From: Chrysomallon squamiferum | Lineage: Eukaryota > Animalia > Mollusca | Direction: 5' to 3' | Assembly (NCBI GenBank): GCA_012295275.1 | Contig: CM022672.1 | Span: 10,912,001-10,976,000 of the forward strand | Length of the DNA stretch: 64,000 nucleotides | Shown here: in pieces, positions 43,301-57,331 of the stretch | Layout: every line of letters begins with the position of its first letter | Position numbering within the stretch: the first letter of the stretch is position 1 | Position numbers and translations under genes: made by a program | Notes under the pieces: generated by a model | Told to the model about the DNA's origin: nothing | The model's input: only the letters and a program-made list of their open reading frames with translations | The model's database searches: none

Positions 43301-43956
43301 GACCCGTCTCTCTCAGTCTGCATGACTAGACGATACCCTCCTGCATCACCTCCCCCATCAATCTCTCCTACCACCACATCGTTGCTAGGGGAGGGAACTG
43401 CCAGTGTCTCATTATTGTAGTATATGATAATCTGCTGTTGCTGTTGCTGTGACTGTTGCTCCTGTTGTTGTGACTGTGTATTATCTTCTGTCAGTTCCTG
43501 AGAACACTGTGGGAGGCTTTCAGAAATCTCAGCAGGTTCAACTTTTGTTTTCAAATGCTGGCTCGCCAGAGCTGTCAGAACATTCACCATGCTCATGTCC
43601 TGACTGACTGGGAAACTTGCATCCTTCAACTCCTTCCCACTGCCATTTGTACTCTGAGATGCTATCTTATTTCCCAACAAATCCTGAATGTCTTTATCGT
43701 TGTGAGGATTCGTGTCGAAGGTCACGGGGGAATTTCTAGCTGCCGACAGTAATCCTGCGACTGGTTCGTTCATGTTTTGTAATATGTGTGACACAGCAGT
43801 CTTGCTGGCTGTCAGAATGGGCCTTGACTCCATGGTCAGAGTGCGGCACGATGTGATGCAAGCCTGCCGATCTGGACGACAATCAGATGTGGTCAGTGTG
43901 TGAGATATGGCCTGAAGCAGGACTGGAGAAATTCCCAGTTCACTGGTTCCACTCAT
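40337..43956 (-). CDS. Hr39: Nuclear receptor HR39 / FTZ-F1beta (NR5B), 634 aa
   Basis: Coding exons 43956-43170, 42844-42665, 42116-41689, 41146-40894 and 40593-40337, totalling 1905 nt in frame. The DBD reads [60 protein letters not shown]: NR5 P-box, with RKKCPACRF and [10 protein letters not shown] being HR39-type rather than the NR5A DRMRGGRNKFGPMYK. The LBD ends LLVELLKGE. Confidence 0.9.
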
Positions 43957-44157
43957 AGCTGTTGAAAAAAAAAATATATATATATTAATAATAATAATAA
44001 TAAAAGTTAAAAACGATAAAATTAAATTAAAAAAATAATAATAAAATTAACTAAACTAATAATGAAAAATGAAAATAATAATAATAATGAAAAAATAAAT
44101 AACAATAACACTACCACCACCACTAACAGTTACAAAATCAGCAGAATTAATAAGAGT

Positions 44158-44643
44158 CAGGCCCAGCATTAGACCACTTTGCAGTCATGGCAAGACTAAC
44201 TACTTGGATCCTCACAAAAAATTAGCCAAATGGAACTTTTAAAAACATGTTTTGTAGAAAAAATAAAAACACAAAACTTGACTGATAAATTTATTTTAAA
44301 CTGAAAAAACAAGTACCATGATGTCAAGACCAGCAGTGTTAAAGGCACAGTATCCATCCATTAATATGGCAATGGCCCTGCTACACAAATGCTTTGGGGC
44401 ATTCACTTAAAAAATTATGACACTACTTGATTTGCATAGGAAAATATTTAAAAAATGGTACCTTTTTAAGTGTATGAGTGGAAATTACAGATAAGACAGC
44501 TTTTGGTTTAAGCAATAAGTTTTATATACGCAAAATCAAAATATTAAATAATAAAACTGTAATCCTTAAAGTTCAGTAATACACTCCTCCGAGGTCTGCA
44601 CCCTAAGCATTGGCTGCCTGGTTGGCCTAATGGTAGAGTCCTA
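44158..44643. mobile_element. Possible highly degenerate MITE in Hr39 intron 1
   Basis: GC-richer ends CAGGCCCAGCATTAGACCA and TGGCCTAATGGTAGAGTCC share an imperfect inverted CATTAG.CCA core. Confidence 0.25.
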
Positions 44644-45460
44644 GTAATAGTAATCATAATAATAGAAGCAGTATTAATAGTAATAACTACAGAAATAATA
44701 ACAGCTATCATATATTGTATCAGTAATAATAATAAAAATCTAAAAAAATATATTTTTATTTCAAATAAATTAAAGAAGTGTTTCTTGAATTTAAAGTCCT
44801 TTAAAGTAATCGAAAATCTGAAATTTACATTTTTAAAATAACAAAAATTTGCTGAGGGCTGTGTAATTTCTACAACGTATCCAATACTTGACAAGTTTTT
44901 TCAGTAGGAAATAAAATGACATTTTCAAACAGAAAAACAGAACCCACTTTTACCATCTTTGTTCAGAATATACTTTTTAATTTCCCTTTCAAAATGTTTC
45001 ACCAAATTTGACCAGTGTTTAAACATTTTTATAACTTAAATAATAATACAATAATAATAATTTATTTGGACCATTTTGCTTTTATATACAAATATTTTCA
45101 TCTATGTGATGGTTTGAAAAACATGAAAGAAACTAACATTTTATTGGTCAAAGGTAGAATGGATACAAGATTGTTATTTGTTTTTTTTAAACAGAATATA
45201 TATATATTTTTTTTATCACTATCAATTAAATAATAATTAAAATGAAAATTGTAATAAATAAATAATATAAAAATAAAGAACAGAGTGTAGTTTGTAGACA
45301 TCAAGTTTGGTTATATGTTGTTTTTTGTTTTGTTACTGGATTCCAAATTGCAATGAAATGATGAAGATTCTTCATACAAATTAAAAATATGACTTCTACT
45401 TTTTCAAAAGCACTTTTAAATAGCGTTTTTCTTGGGAGTTTGGGTTATTGCGACTAAGTG

Positions 45461-45957
45461 TCAAGGCCCACAATATAGCAAGGTCAAAGTCAATTTGGGG
45501 TTTGTTTACACTTTTCGTTTTGCTAGCCTACCTAATAGGCACGCTTATAGTTATAGTTACATTGCTTCATTGTGCCGAGTAAAACTGCGCAATATATATT
45601 GTGAGCGAACATTAATAAGAAGTAAAATATTCGTATTAGAAGAATGAAACTGTCAATACATTATCTTATTCGGAGGTTTAAAAGACAGGAGGGAAATGTC
45701 GCGCTCTGGTCATTTATTGTGTTTGGTGGGTGAAGGCCAAAAATTGCACATGGCAATGTTTAGAAACAAAGAGTGAGGCAGTCCACAAGCAAAAGAGCCC
45801 AAACAACGACAACCTACTGTTTTCAATACTTACTGAAAATGTGCTATACCATCAAACGTTCAATCATTTAATAAAAGAAACCAACGCCCTGATACAGTTC
45901 AGATAAAGACAAGATTAGTCTGTCATTTGGATCGACCCCCTCCGGCCATGACCTTGA
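45461..45957. promoter_or_regulatory. Cluster of NR5/FTZ-F1-type response elements
   Basis: TCAAGGCCC 45461-45469 (+), GCAAGGTCA-AAGTCA 45478-45492 (+), TGAAGGCCA 45731-45739 (+) and a perfect TCAAGGTCA at 45957-45949 (-); consensus YCAAGGYCR. Confidence 0.5.
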
Positions 45958-46060
45958 ACCGATTTTCGTCCTTCACAGACCCATAAAGAAATAACAAAAG
46001 AAGTAGATGAAACAGACAGTGATTAGGGATTAGGGATATAGTCATGATTGTAACATATTA
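45834..46060 (-). other. Probable non-coding first exon (5'UTR) of Hr39; 5' boundary uncertain
   Basis: The first coding exon is preceded by an acceptor (CAG|CT ATG, exon start 43958), so an upstream exon is expected. A consensus donor GTAAGT sits at 45833-45828 in a CpG-containing region, and the join gives an in-frame TAG four codons before the ATG. Confidence 0.55.
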
Positions 46061-48263
46061 CCAATTTTCAAGATCTAACATGGCGTATCCACTTTGCAGA
46101 CAATGACGACAACAAAATATGTATTAATAAGGTGCCTGGGATTCGGTAAAAATCGTATTTTTTTTACGACATTTGCCGAAGTTATTAAAAACTAACAGTG
46201 ATTGACTATATTCCTGCCTGATATACGAATTTTATCAATAAATTTAAAAAAGGTATTGGCGATTTTTCTCTCTCTTTCTCAGCAAACAAACAAATAATAC
46301 TTTTAAAAATTAAAAATAATAATAAATATAAAATGAAGTAAAATAATAATTAAAAACTTTGTTAACGACCTCATTAATAATAATAATAGTCAACAAGACC
46401 ATAAATCCCAGTAAAATTCATTAATCGTTTCATAATTAAGATTTTCTAATTGTCTTATTCGTAATTTGAAGGATATTGACGCTGTCTTTGTCTATTAAAT
46501 ATACAAATAATATACTTATTCATAGAAAGTTGTTTATAATGTTGAAAGTACATAGTATATAGAAACCTCAATGTTAGACCCAAATATTTCTTTAAAGGCA
46601 CTCCAAGGCAATTCAAATTATTCGATTATTTATTTATTTATTTATTTATTTATATATTATAATTATTTTTAATGGAATTGTAGTTTTAAAGTTTATTTCC
46701 ATTCTGCGCTATTTATATCGATTACAATTAATATATTTGTCAATTAAAAACTGATTTCTCGAAAGCAAGGAATGGAAAAATTGGCATACTGAATCTTTTT
46801 GTGAATTCATTTAAATGTATATAATTATTTGCTCAAGAATTTTATTACGTAAACAGTAACAGAAAATCTTCATCTAATATTAAAGGTAAAGTAAAAGAAT
46901 TGCTGTTTAGATAGTAACATCATACATAATTCACGAAGAGTGCCAGAGATAGCCGAATGCTTACGATAATTTTGACCGAAATCAAACGTGTCTTTCTTTT
47001 AAATTTCACAGGTCCCAGAAACTTGCATCACATTCGCAAATTCCAACACGTTTAATCACTGAATCATTTTTTGATTGTTGTGTTTGCAAAAGACTGACTC
47101 GTAAATCTTATTATTTTGCCAGCAATGTATTATTTTGAAATTGAAGATCATAAGATGCTTCAAAAATAAAAAAATAAAAAACTCCAGCCACTAATTATGC
47201 AAGGTCTATTTCCGCATTCCTTCCAAAAATAACGAAAGAACCGCCATGCCCATTAATGTCACGTTCGCTTGTTTCATGTTTATTTATTATTTATGATATC
47301 TTGTTTTATTTCTTGAAATTTAGTATGATTTCCTTCCCCATGAAATGCTACTTATAATATTTTCTATTCCGAACGTTGTTTTCGGAGATAACCTATTAGT
47401 ACTGAAAGTTAATTTAAGGCAGCAGTAGTTCGGCACGGTGTGAAACCAGACGAAGTGGTCACGAATGAAAAGTCAGCTGCGGTCCTGTACGCAATTATTT
47501 CGTTATTTATTTGTTTGAGCATGAATTCTTCAGACATAAATAACTATAATATATATTCCGAAAATGTGAAAATAATATATTTTAAAGAATTTTTACATCG
47601 GGAATGCATTACATTTTCGGGTTCCTTATAACTTTATAAGTTACATATTTTGAGCTGACTGACATGTATCGAACTGACCATGGTCATAACTATACTGAGG
47701 CCAATGAGGCAAATACCTCATGTAGAAATTGATGATTTTTATTTTCATTTATTTTTTATTATTATTTTTTTTTATGCAATGATTTTATTTTAAAAATAAA
47801 AAATATAAATCTCTGTTCCGATAAAAACGATATCCACTGAATGAATTTGTTTATATATATATATATATATATATACGGTTACCGTTTGAAGTCTACACTC
47901 CTCAAAACTACAGTGTTTTTGTTTCATTTCAAAAAGAGTTAGCTACGGCTGTAATGACTGTCAGCAGTACTTGGTTTGATAATGGATCTCTGCCATTTCT
48001 GTAGTTTAACATTAATAAAACAACTATATAATAACTATATATTTTTTCTTTTAAAGAAATAATAGAACACAAAATAGAAGTAAAAATGCAAAATTAAATT
48101 TAGTCACTGTTATGGCAAAACAAATTATTTTAACTAAAAAAAATCTCAAAACATTAGCATTTAATATATAAATTATTTAAGTACATCTAAGACTGTTGCA
48201 GCAAGATGAAATGTTCAAAATGGATCCTTGTGGTAAATTCAAATATAACAAATGAAATGCATA

Positions 48264-48318
<55 letters not shown>

Positions 48319-50176
48319 TTGAATGTTATATTTTTCTCTGACTTTGTACTCAGTTTACGATTGTTTATAATAGTTTTTAAAAAGTATGATACTAAAGAGA
48401 GAGAGAGATAAAATAAAGTGATTCCTGAAGACAGTTACAGATTTCCTATTTAAAGGGTAATGAAAATGTCTCGAATGCATGCTAAAGGAGCTGATAAATA
48501 TTATAATTTTAAAATTCGATTTCTTCGATTAAAATTACGAATTTTATTAAAAGTTATTTTTAAAGGTTATGAATTTCATCTTGAAAAACTCTATCGATAA
48601 CCAGACTCAGTCTGAGACGTCAAAAACCACAAAAAAAAAACAACAAAAACCTTCACACTCATCTTGTGTTGACTTTTTCATTTCTGTAGTATTTAATGTT
48701 AGGAAATAATAATAATAATAATAATAATAAAATAATAATAATAAAATGCACGAGAAAACGAAATTATAAATTGAATAAGTTTTCAACAGTAATTATTTTT
48801 ATTATTATGCTCTTTTCTGGAGGATCTGTTTGTTTCATTAAATTGATCTTTATTAGTATATTTTTAAACTTGTTAAAACTTTTTAAAAATTTTAATTTTA
48901 TTTTTCACATGGTGGCCATCTTCAATAAATCACAACAGAAATGCTAATGAACTGTGTTGATTTTGATAAATTTTTAATTATTTATTTTTAAATTTGTTAT
49001 TTATTTCATATATGAAGAAGACTATACTTCACAATGCAGTCATTGTCTACATGCATCCTTCAGTCAAAGTTTATTTTATTGACATGCCATGCACACATTT
49101 GTGCTTTAATGTAAACACACATGCACACACCCAACATCCACACATGCAGACATGCATTTTAACTGATTGTGAATATAGTAATTTATATAAATATTTATAT
49201 TTTGTGTTCTCTGTTTCTGAAAATGTGAGAATATATTTTGTAGCTCACGAATAACTAACTAAATACTTTACTGGTGTAAGTAAAATAACTAATGTATATG
49301 TGCATCTAATAACTGTTGCTTTCATGTTCTACCCCAGTAAAAAAATAATATTAAAAAGCCACTATTCCCCAGCACCCCCCCAAACATAAGAAAGAAAAAA
49401 AAAGTTCAGTAAAACCCCATGAATATTCTACAAAATATATTGCTGGTTTTTATAACAAATTTCCAAGAAGACTTTTTATTTCTTTATTCCCTGAGGCAAC
49501 ACACAAGATATTTTGAATGACTACCTGAAATGCAGTTATCTGTCAGGAATTATCTTTTCATAATTAATTATTAGCATTGCCTGGTTCCATTAAAAAAAAT
49601 AGTAATTATTAGGATTGGTTTGTTAAGAATAAGAAGAGTAACACTGGATGTACACAAAATGTGTTATGATAATAAGATGCAAATAAAATATACTTTTATG
49701 CTGATTTTATGCAGCTGATTGAAATCAATAAAAGTTATTTTATTTTTAAAAATAACCAATTTAACCAGGCTTTTTTCTTGTGTACATTTAAAAGTACACT
49801 GTTACAAATTTAAAATCAGTTTGAAAACTGTAAAAACATGAATTTAGCTATTTATAATTATGTTCATCTGGGTGTAATTTTTTAATAAATAAATATTTTT
49901 TTCCAACAGGAATTGCATCAATGTACAGTCTTTCATCACCTTTGGATTTTTCTTTACTTTTCTTTTCTGCCAGTCAAAGTTTCATCAGATTTTTGATGAT
50001 ACCCAAACATTTATTTACCACACCTTAATTTTTTTTCTTTTCCATCAACATCTTTTTTTTTTCTTTTTACTGAACACCAAAATATCTATCCTCCATGCTG
50101 GAACTGATCTTTCATTTTCCTCTTTTATAGGAAAAGCACCAGTAATGCGTCTCTCTGCAAAATGGAGAATTGTCTC

Positions 50177-53100
50177 TCAGATGCAGTCCAGCATTTCTGT
50201 TTCCATGTCATTGATACCTTCTTCAGCTGTTATGTCCAGTTCTATTTCATCATCCGATTTGCTCTCTATATCATCTAATGTCTTCTCATTTTCTGGAGTT
50301 TGATAATGACCTATACAAAGATAATTCTTTCATATTAAAATGAGGACCATAACCATTATATAGAAGAAATACAGTAAACTGTTTTGCAAAACAATACTTT
50401 GTAACTGTATTTCTTTTCTTGTTATGTTTCACTATTAATTAAGACAGATCAGATTGAAAGATACCCAAATACAACTGTAACTTTGTAAAATGTTATTAGA
50501 CTATTAATATTTCAGTAAATGTATATTTTAAAGTATACTCTCAACTAAAACTGTTTATCTTAGTGCTATAAAAAAAAAATAGAAATCATAATTTTAAAAC
50601 TTTATTGGTATTTATAATGTTTAATTTTAGGAGTTGCTTTTCTTGAAAATATATTACAGTATTGTTAAATATATTGTTTACTTGATAAAACATATCCACT
50701 TGTAGATGAGTTCTTTTTACACAATTTGTCAATGCATTCGGCTAAAATCTGTCGACATTTGTAGTTTGTATCCTTTGAACACCAGCCATCTTTCTCAGTA
50801 CAAACAGTTTCCTGAGAAAAAAACAAACAATTTAAATTATTTTTTAACACTGAAAAGTATAAAATTATATATATCCAGCATAAAAATAATAAATGAATGA
50901 AACAGAACACTTTGTCACCTGTGTAAATGAAGTAGTAAGAAAAATTTGACAAAAGAAAACCAATTTGAAACTCTTTGTTTGATGATGAAGTTTTACAATA
51001 TTATTACAAATGAGCTAATCCTTATCAAACACATAAATGTTTTTTAAAGAAATATTTTGTATGATAAAGTAGTAAAATGAAAAATTGAAAAAAGCTTTTT
51101 GATTTTATTGTTTCTGCATGGAATAAATGTTAGTATTACCTAACTTGAATTTTCAAACATGAATCTTTAACACAATTCATTTCATCTTCTTCAAAGCATT
51201 TAACATGATTAGATATAGATAAATAAACCTTATACAGATTTTACCATCACAATAATCTAATTTAAAAAAAAGGAAGAAAAGATGATAATAATAATAACAA
51301 ACACAAATAAAAACCTAATAATAAATAATTAACAAACAGTATTGAATAATTATAATACTTCTAACAATAGAAATAAATATAATTTTATTTTTACCTGTCC
51401 TTCATTTTCTGCAACAATTTTCTCAATATTTGGTTCACGTATGTCACACAGCTGATAGAACATCTGACGGTACGGAGGCATGATGTTAGGATCAAATATA
51501 TAGACACTATCCTGAAACACAGGACATTATTATATCAATGTTTATATATATCAATGTTCTGTATGCATCAGACAGACAGCCATGCAAGTTTTTGTAGTTC
51601 ATCAACATTTTTAGCTACTATTCCTAGACAACAAATCATGAATGGCTAAATAAATAAAAATATTTGAGAAAAAACTATTGTCAGTGTGTGTGTATGTATA
51701 ATTTCTTATAGATAAAATGAGAAGGAATAAAATTACGAAAGCCTGAACTTATACATATGGTAAATATAAACAAAATAATATTTTTTTCTTTTAAATAATT
51801 ACAAAAATATAATAGAAAATTAACAGTGTTAATCTTTTGAAAAAGAACAACATGTAATTTTTTATAATTTATATTTAGATAAATCTTTATATAAACAGAC
51901 TTTAAAAATCTCTATAGGAAAACATATTAGCTATTATAATAAATAGATTTTTTATCCTTTATAATGTTGAATAATATAATAAAATATTAGTTCCTTTTCT
52001 GAGAAAAATTGTGAAAAAAATTATATATTTTAAAAACACAGTAATGAAAATAATAACGTGTACCAAATTAAATATTTATTGGGTTTTTTTTCTTAATTTT
52101 ATTAAAAAAAAAAGAGAAAAAAGAAGAAAGAACCATCCAAATGTTGTAGACAATCATGTGATGACTATAAAGTATACCTTGTATTCTTTCTCGAGATCTT
52201 GTTTGTGTTGCAGTGTAGGAATCTGTGGAGCTGAAGGCCTGTATCTTGTTGTTGTCATAGGTGTTGGATGAGAGAACACTGCACGTTTACCTTTTATAGG
52301 CAAAGGATCACATCCACCTCCTGATGAAAATTAAAAAAAAAAATTAAATATAATAATATTCCGTGGACTGATTTTTAATATTATTTATTTATGTATTTAT
52401 TTATTTATTTATTTTTTTTTTTTTTGGCTTATATTTTCCAGAATAAAATACCAAAGATTTTTACAAATTTAAAGTTTTAAAATGTGTTAAGTGACCATTC
52501 ATCTTTTTTATTTAATGTTAAACTAAAATATCCTTCGTTTTTTTAATGTTATTTATAAAAAAAAAAAAAAAAAAAATAAATCACCTGTTATAAGCATAAT
52601 CATTATAATGTTTTTAATGTAACTATTTTCACTCACTTTGACGGATACGGAAGTCTAACAGCTGATATTTCTTGGCTGAAGGATCCTTCCGAGGGTCGTA
52701 TCCCAGTCGGACCCACATTGCCCTCCACGGTCCTGTTGTCATGTAGTAGGCAAGCAGAGGCAGGACAAACTTGAGGCGTGACTGCAGCTTGGTGCTGAGG
52801 TGACATCGAAGAGCATTCTTTGACCAGACAGGCCTTTCATCAAACAACTGAAACAGAATAAATGACAGACCCACAAATAAACGGACAGCTTTGTTAACAC
52901 CTTATTAACAGTCTTAAAACCAACTGAATATTGGGTGTAAAAAAATAATATTACTGTATAACACACACACACACACACACAGATTGGTCATTTAATTGTA
53001 CTTTATACTTTGAGGTGTAATCAAAGATAATAGTTAATTTAAAAAGAAAAGAAGAAAAAGGATATATGTACAGATGTCTGTGATTTTCTCTTAATGAACA

Positions 53101-56100
53101 TTGTATCAGACATTTCTAAGTACTTTCCTGTGTAAACAAATATAAAAAAATACCTTTATCTTAACAATACACGTCAATAAAAACTATTTATGAATGTGCA
53201 TAGTGTCTCTAAATAACATTTTAAGAGTGTTCCCACCCTTCTGACAGTGTCCAGCAAGTCTGTGTTCTTGTTAAAACGACCCATGAGAAACTCCTCAGCT
53301 CCAGGTTTTGGTGCTGTTGGTGTTGGATCATCGTAACTCACAAATATTGTATAAATAGATCTTCTGTGACGAGCAACTGAAATGTAACAAGTTCATTTCA
53401 ACATCGAAATAATATTGCTTATCTACATCAGGATAGTTTGTGCAGTCAAATTATTATTATTTTTAATAAAAGTGAGAAAAAAAAAAGGAAAGAGATTATT
53501 ATTATTATATATATATGATAACTATTTATAATTATGGTATTTTATGTTAACATGTTACATACAAAAATTCACTCAAAAACATCAAGATATGATATATATC
53601 TATAATTACAGTCAATTACTAAATGTTGACAAATATTTCATTTCTTATCTTCTGTGCATTTACAATTTTAAAAGTGCTGTCCTTAAATATCATTACAACA
53701 TCAAAAATATATCTGATATTTAAAATACTGTACAAATCTGTAACAAGAAGCTTTATAAAATGAATGAAAATTTCAAGGACAAAAAAGCATAGAACAACTT
53801 TAAGAGTATTATTTTACCTATGCCAAGCTGATTGTCAGGCATACACAACTCCTGCTCTGTTTTCTTCAAGGTGTACCCTCGATCAGGTCGAAAGTCATAT
53901 TCACCAGGAATGTCCATTCTTGAAAAAATAAGAGGAGTAAGAAAAAGAGGAGTATCCCTTTTTAAGAATTCTTCTTTTCTGACAAATGATGTCAGCATTA
54001 ATTTATCCAACAGACTTTCATAAGATCCATTTTCTTTTTTTGTCATTGGGAGATACTGAAAGTCAGCCATAGCTAGAACAAAATAAAATTTTAAGGATAA
54101 TAATATGAAATATATTGGATATATACATATACACATATACATAATAATTAGTCCTAATTTTCTATGATTAGTAGCCCTTCACAAAACTGTCAGATTATAA
54201 TAATAGTTATTGCAAATGAAGACAAAATAACTTTAAAATTTAATAAAATTACAGAACTAGCAAAAATGAATTTGAAGTTAACAAAAAGGTGGAAATATTT
54301 TATTTAACACTGCAACTATTGAATTATGAAATGAAAGTGTAAATACATGTAACTGATTATAAATTTCTAAAAATAAGTTACATATATAAAAAAATATATA
54401 TATATATGCATACACACACACACACACACAAAATGTATATAAAATATTGCAGTTATAAATATTATACTTATTGAATGACTATATATTTTTATTATTATTA
54501 TTTGTTTAGTTTGACATTACTAAATAATTTCTGTGTAACAAACCTTGAAATCTGTAGGTTGTATCAATGACACCTAGAATTTCAATGCTGTATTCATAGC
54601 AATCAGTCCTCGGCTGACGACCTGGTAAACATTTGCGTCTTCTTTTCACCTTCATCAGTAAGTTTGTTGTTGCACAGCGATCTCCATAAGCAGGTTTACA
54701 GTATGGATCATCTGGTCGATATCTCATTTCCAGACGCTTAGTTTCCTGGTTGTATGTCTTTTAGTTCAAAATAAATAATTAACAAATCTGATAATCATAC
54801 AAAATCATTTTAAAAAATAACAACAACAAAAAAAAAAAAAAAAAATAGCAAATTATGTGGTATTTTATTGTTACATAAAGATTATAGAAAATAAATACGG
54901 CTGTGATTAAAAACAATATTTAAGGTAATTAAATAAAACCAGGGTTAACTAGATTAATTGTGATGTTTCTTAATAGTAAACATATGTTCATGAAATTTTT
55001 TGTAATAACAGCATCTAGAAACCACACTATAGCACACAATTCACTATTTTTGAAATATTAATTAATATTAATCTAAAAATATATAATTTTTCTTGCCAAT
55101 TTTATTTATTTATTATTATTGTTTTTAAGATGTTGATATTTGAATTATCTTCAAAACCACTGAACCTCAGAAGTCTATTATCTCACTAGTCAATACATTT
55201 ATAAGCAAATATTATTTTGCAACTAAAGAACTTATACATTTTCTTCCTCAGCAGTGATTCTGCCAGAAATACTTTTTTGGGTATGGTGCTATGGAAATAA
55301 AAAAACCAAACTTCTTTTTCTGTCAATTAATGTTTGCTGACCAAACTAATTCCTCACGTTGTTAGTTCGTAATCAACAGCATCATCGTCATTTGGTTCCC
55401 CCTGACCTGGATTCCAGTAGGCAACAAGACATGGTCCCACACCTTTCCTTTTCAATTTCTCCAGTCTACCATTATACATTGTTTTCTCTTTTACATTTCA
55501 TTCATGTGGAAAAGGTCTTGACCTACCACCTTGCCATTCAAAATATCTTGGAAATCCATCTTTGCACTGACATGTAAATAAGGGAAATTTATGTCAACTT
55601 ATACTTCAGAGCTTTTCAGTTGTGTCTCAGGTTTTTTTTTGTCCTTTGTTTCTTTCTTTGCCAGTTTCAAAGCCTGCTTACAAGAACTTAGATATTTCTT
55701 TTCTCAAATCCACACATTTCTTTATATTGTACTGTCTCTGCTTTCTTTCTCATGACATGGCCATTTTCAGCACACAGTTATGCCTCTCTTCATCTAACTC
55801 ATTTGTTTTTTGGAGCTGTCAACTACGATGACATACAGCAAATGTTATATGTTCCAAAAGTTTCGAGCCATTTGTACAAATTTGGTCAAATGTTTCATTT
55901 CCTTCAGTGAACTTGTTGCTATTTCTGTCAACATGACTGACAAATGTGGAATATACAAATATAGTTATTCTTCTTCTGCTTTATTTTTACCGTAATAGTA
56001 CTAATACTTTAATAGCTTAAACACTGAATCGGTGAATGTAGCTAAACTGTTAATTTAAACAATTCTTTTTCCATAAATGTTTTCTAACTAATCATCTAAT

Positions 56101-56364
56101 GGTTATTAAATGCATAAATGAGACAATGACAAGCCATGTAATTATCTGTGTATAACGTCATTTATCTTGGATAATTTATACCTTGGTAATTTCTTTAGTT
56201 CCTCCGAGTGAGGAAAGGGCTCGATCAAGATTTTTAACCACTGCTGGATGTTCTACGCAAACAAGTCTTCGTTTTCCATTGAAAGGAATTAAAGATCCAT
56301 TTACTTTCTGGAAATTATCTTCCGCTCCATGCAACTGCTGAAATGTATCCCCAACGCTAGCCAT
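50177..56364 (-). CDS. GTF3C5: General transcription factor 3C polypeptide 5 (TFIIIC63/Tau95), ~508 aa
   Basis: 9 exons: 56364-56182, 54757-54544, 54072-53818, 53376-53237, 52847-52637, 52320-52178, 51511-51395, 50811-50682 (donor slightly uncertain), 50310-50177. Motifs include LVCVEHPAVV, RPDDPYCKP, MADFQYLP, LFDERPVWS, AYYMTTGPWRAMWVRLGYDPRK, PPYRQMFYQLCD, CTEKDGWC and an acidic tail ending METEMLDCI*. Confidence 0.95.
55600..55810 (-). mobile_element. Possible degenerate RTE-like LINE 3' fragment in GTF3C5 intron 1
   Basis: Minus-strand broken translation GHVMRK..DS../IKKCVDL....KRNKGQKKT*DTTEK resembles, from memory, the RTE C-terminal WFGHVMR..DS.VKKC....GRPKKTW...EKD. Heavily decayed. 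Confidence 0.4.
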
Positions 56365-56454
56365 ATTTAAATATTATAAAATTAGTCAAACGTAAAGATA
56401 ATACGAATACAAGACATATTTAAATTATTAAATTCATTTTAAAATACGCATTAT

Positions 56455-56475
56455 CTCCCCCTGTTTCCGGTACAT
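56455..56475 (-). promoter_or_regulatory. Candidate ETS-type site in the GTF3C5 promoter
   Basis: ACCGGAAAC on the minus strand ~100 nt upstream of the ATG, within a small CpG-containing patch. Motif-only evidence. Confidence 0.3.
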
Positions 56476-57281
56476 TGCAGCTTAACTGAAACTCGTTTGG
56501 ATCAGTATAAAATTTATATTTTATTTGTTCTATAAATTTAATGTATTTTTGTTATATTATTATTATTATTATTATTTTTTTTTTAATTTATTGTCACCTT
56601 TTACATTAAGAGGCAATAATTTAATATTATTCAGTGATGTTTTTATTCTTTAGAGTTTAGTTTAATGTTATAGCTGTGTAAGGACGGCATAGCTATTAGT
56701 ATTACAGTCACAGAACAACATTAATTAAAAATAACTGAATCCCTTTTAATCATACATTATAATTATAAACACTACAAGCCTTAAAAATAAGTACTACAAT
56801 ACACAATCATCGTGACAATGTATGTACATGCTTAAACTATATAGAAAACAAAACAAAAAGGCAACAGAGTTATTCTCCTTTATTATTGCTGCATCTGTGT
56901 ACAAGCAGTTTGTATCACAGCTCTGAATTCAAGTAATCAAGAAAATGGAAATAATTTACTATGTACATCCAAACCTGATACTCAGGGATGTGCAGGATGG
57001 CAAAATGACAATCTGGTGTAACATAAAAGAGACTTTCTAATTTATCTTTTGCTTATTTGAACTGTAATGCATTTAAAGTTATAAATTAATCCTTTTTTTA
57101 TTTTTATTTATTTATTTATTTTTATTATTATTTAATTTATTTATTTAAAGAAAAATAAAAAAAACAAACAAAACAAAGTGCACATATGAGACAATTCCTC
57201 AGAAAAACTACAATGCCTACTATGGCACATCCCTGAAGTCTGCCAATATTTGTTAATAATCATTGCATAGGAATACTGAGG

Positions 57282-57331
<50 letters not shown>

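Noticed and set aside
40337-43956. Calling the nuclear receptor FTZ-F1/NR5A
   Set aside because: It lacks the NR5A FTZ-F1 box (DRMRGGRNKFGPMYKRDRA); its [10 protein letters not shown] and RKKCPACRF are HR39/NR5B-type.
46021-46036. GATTAGGGATTAGGGA, telomere-like or tandem TAATCC-like motif near the Hr39 5' end
   Set aside because: Only two 7-bp units; too short to distinguish from chance.
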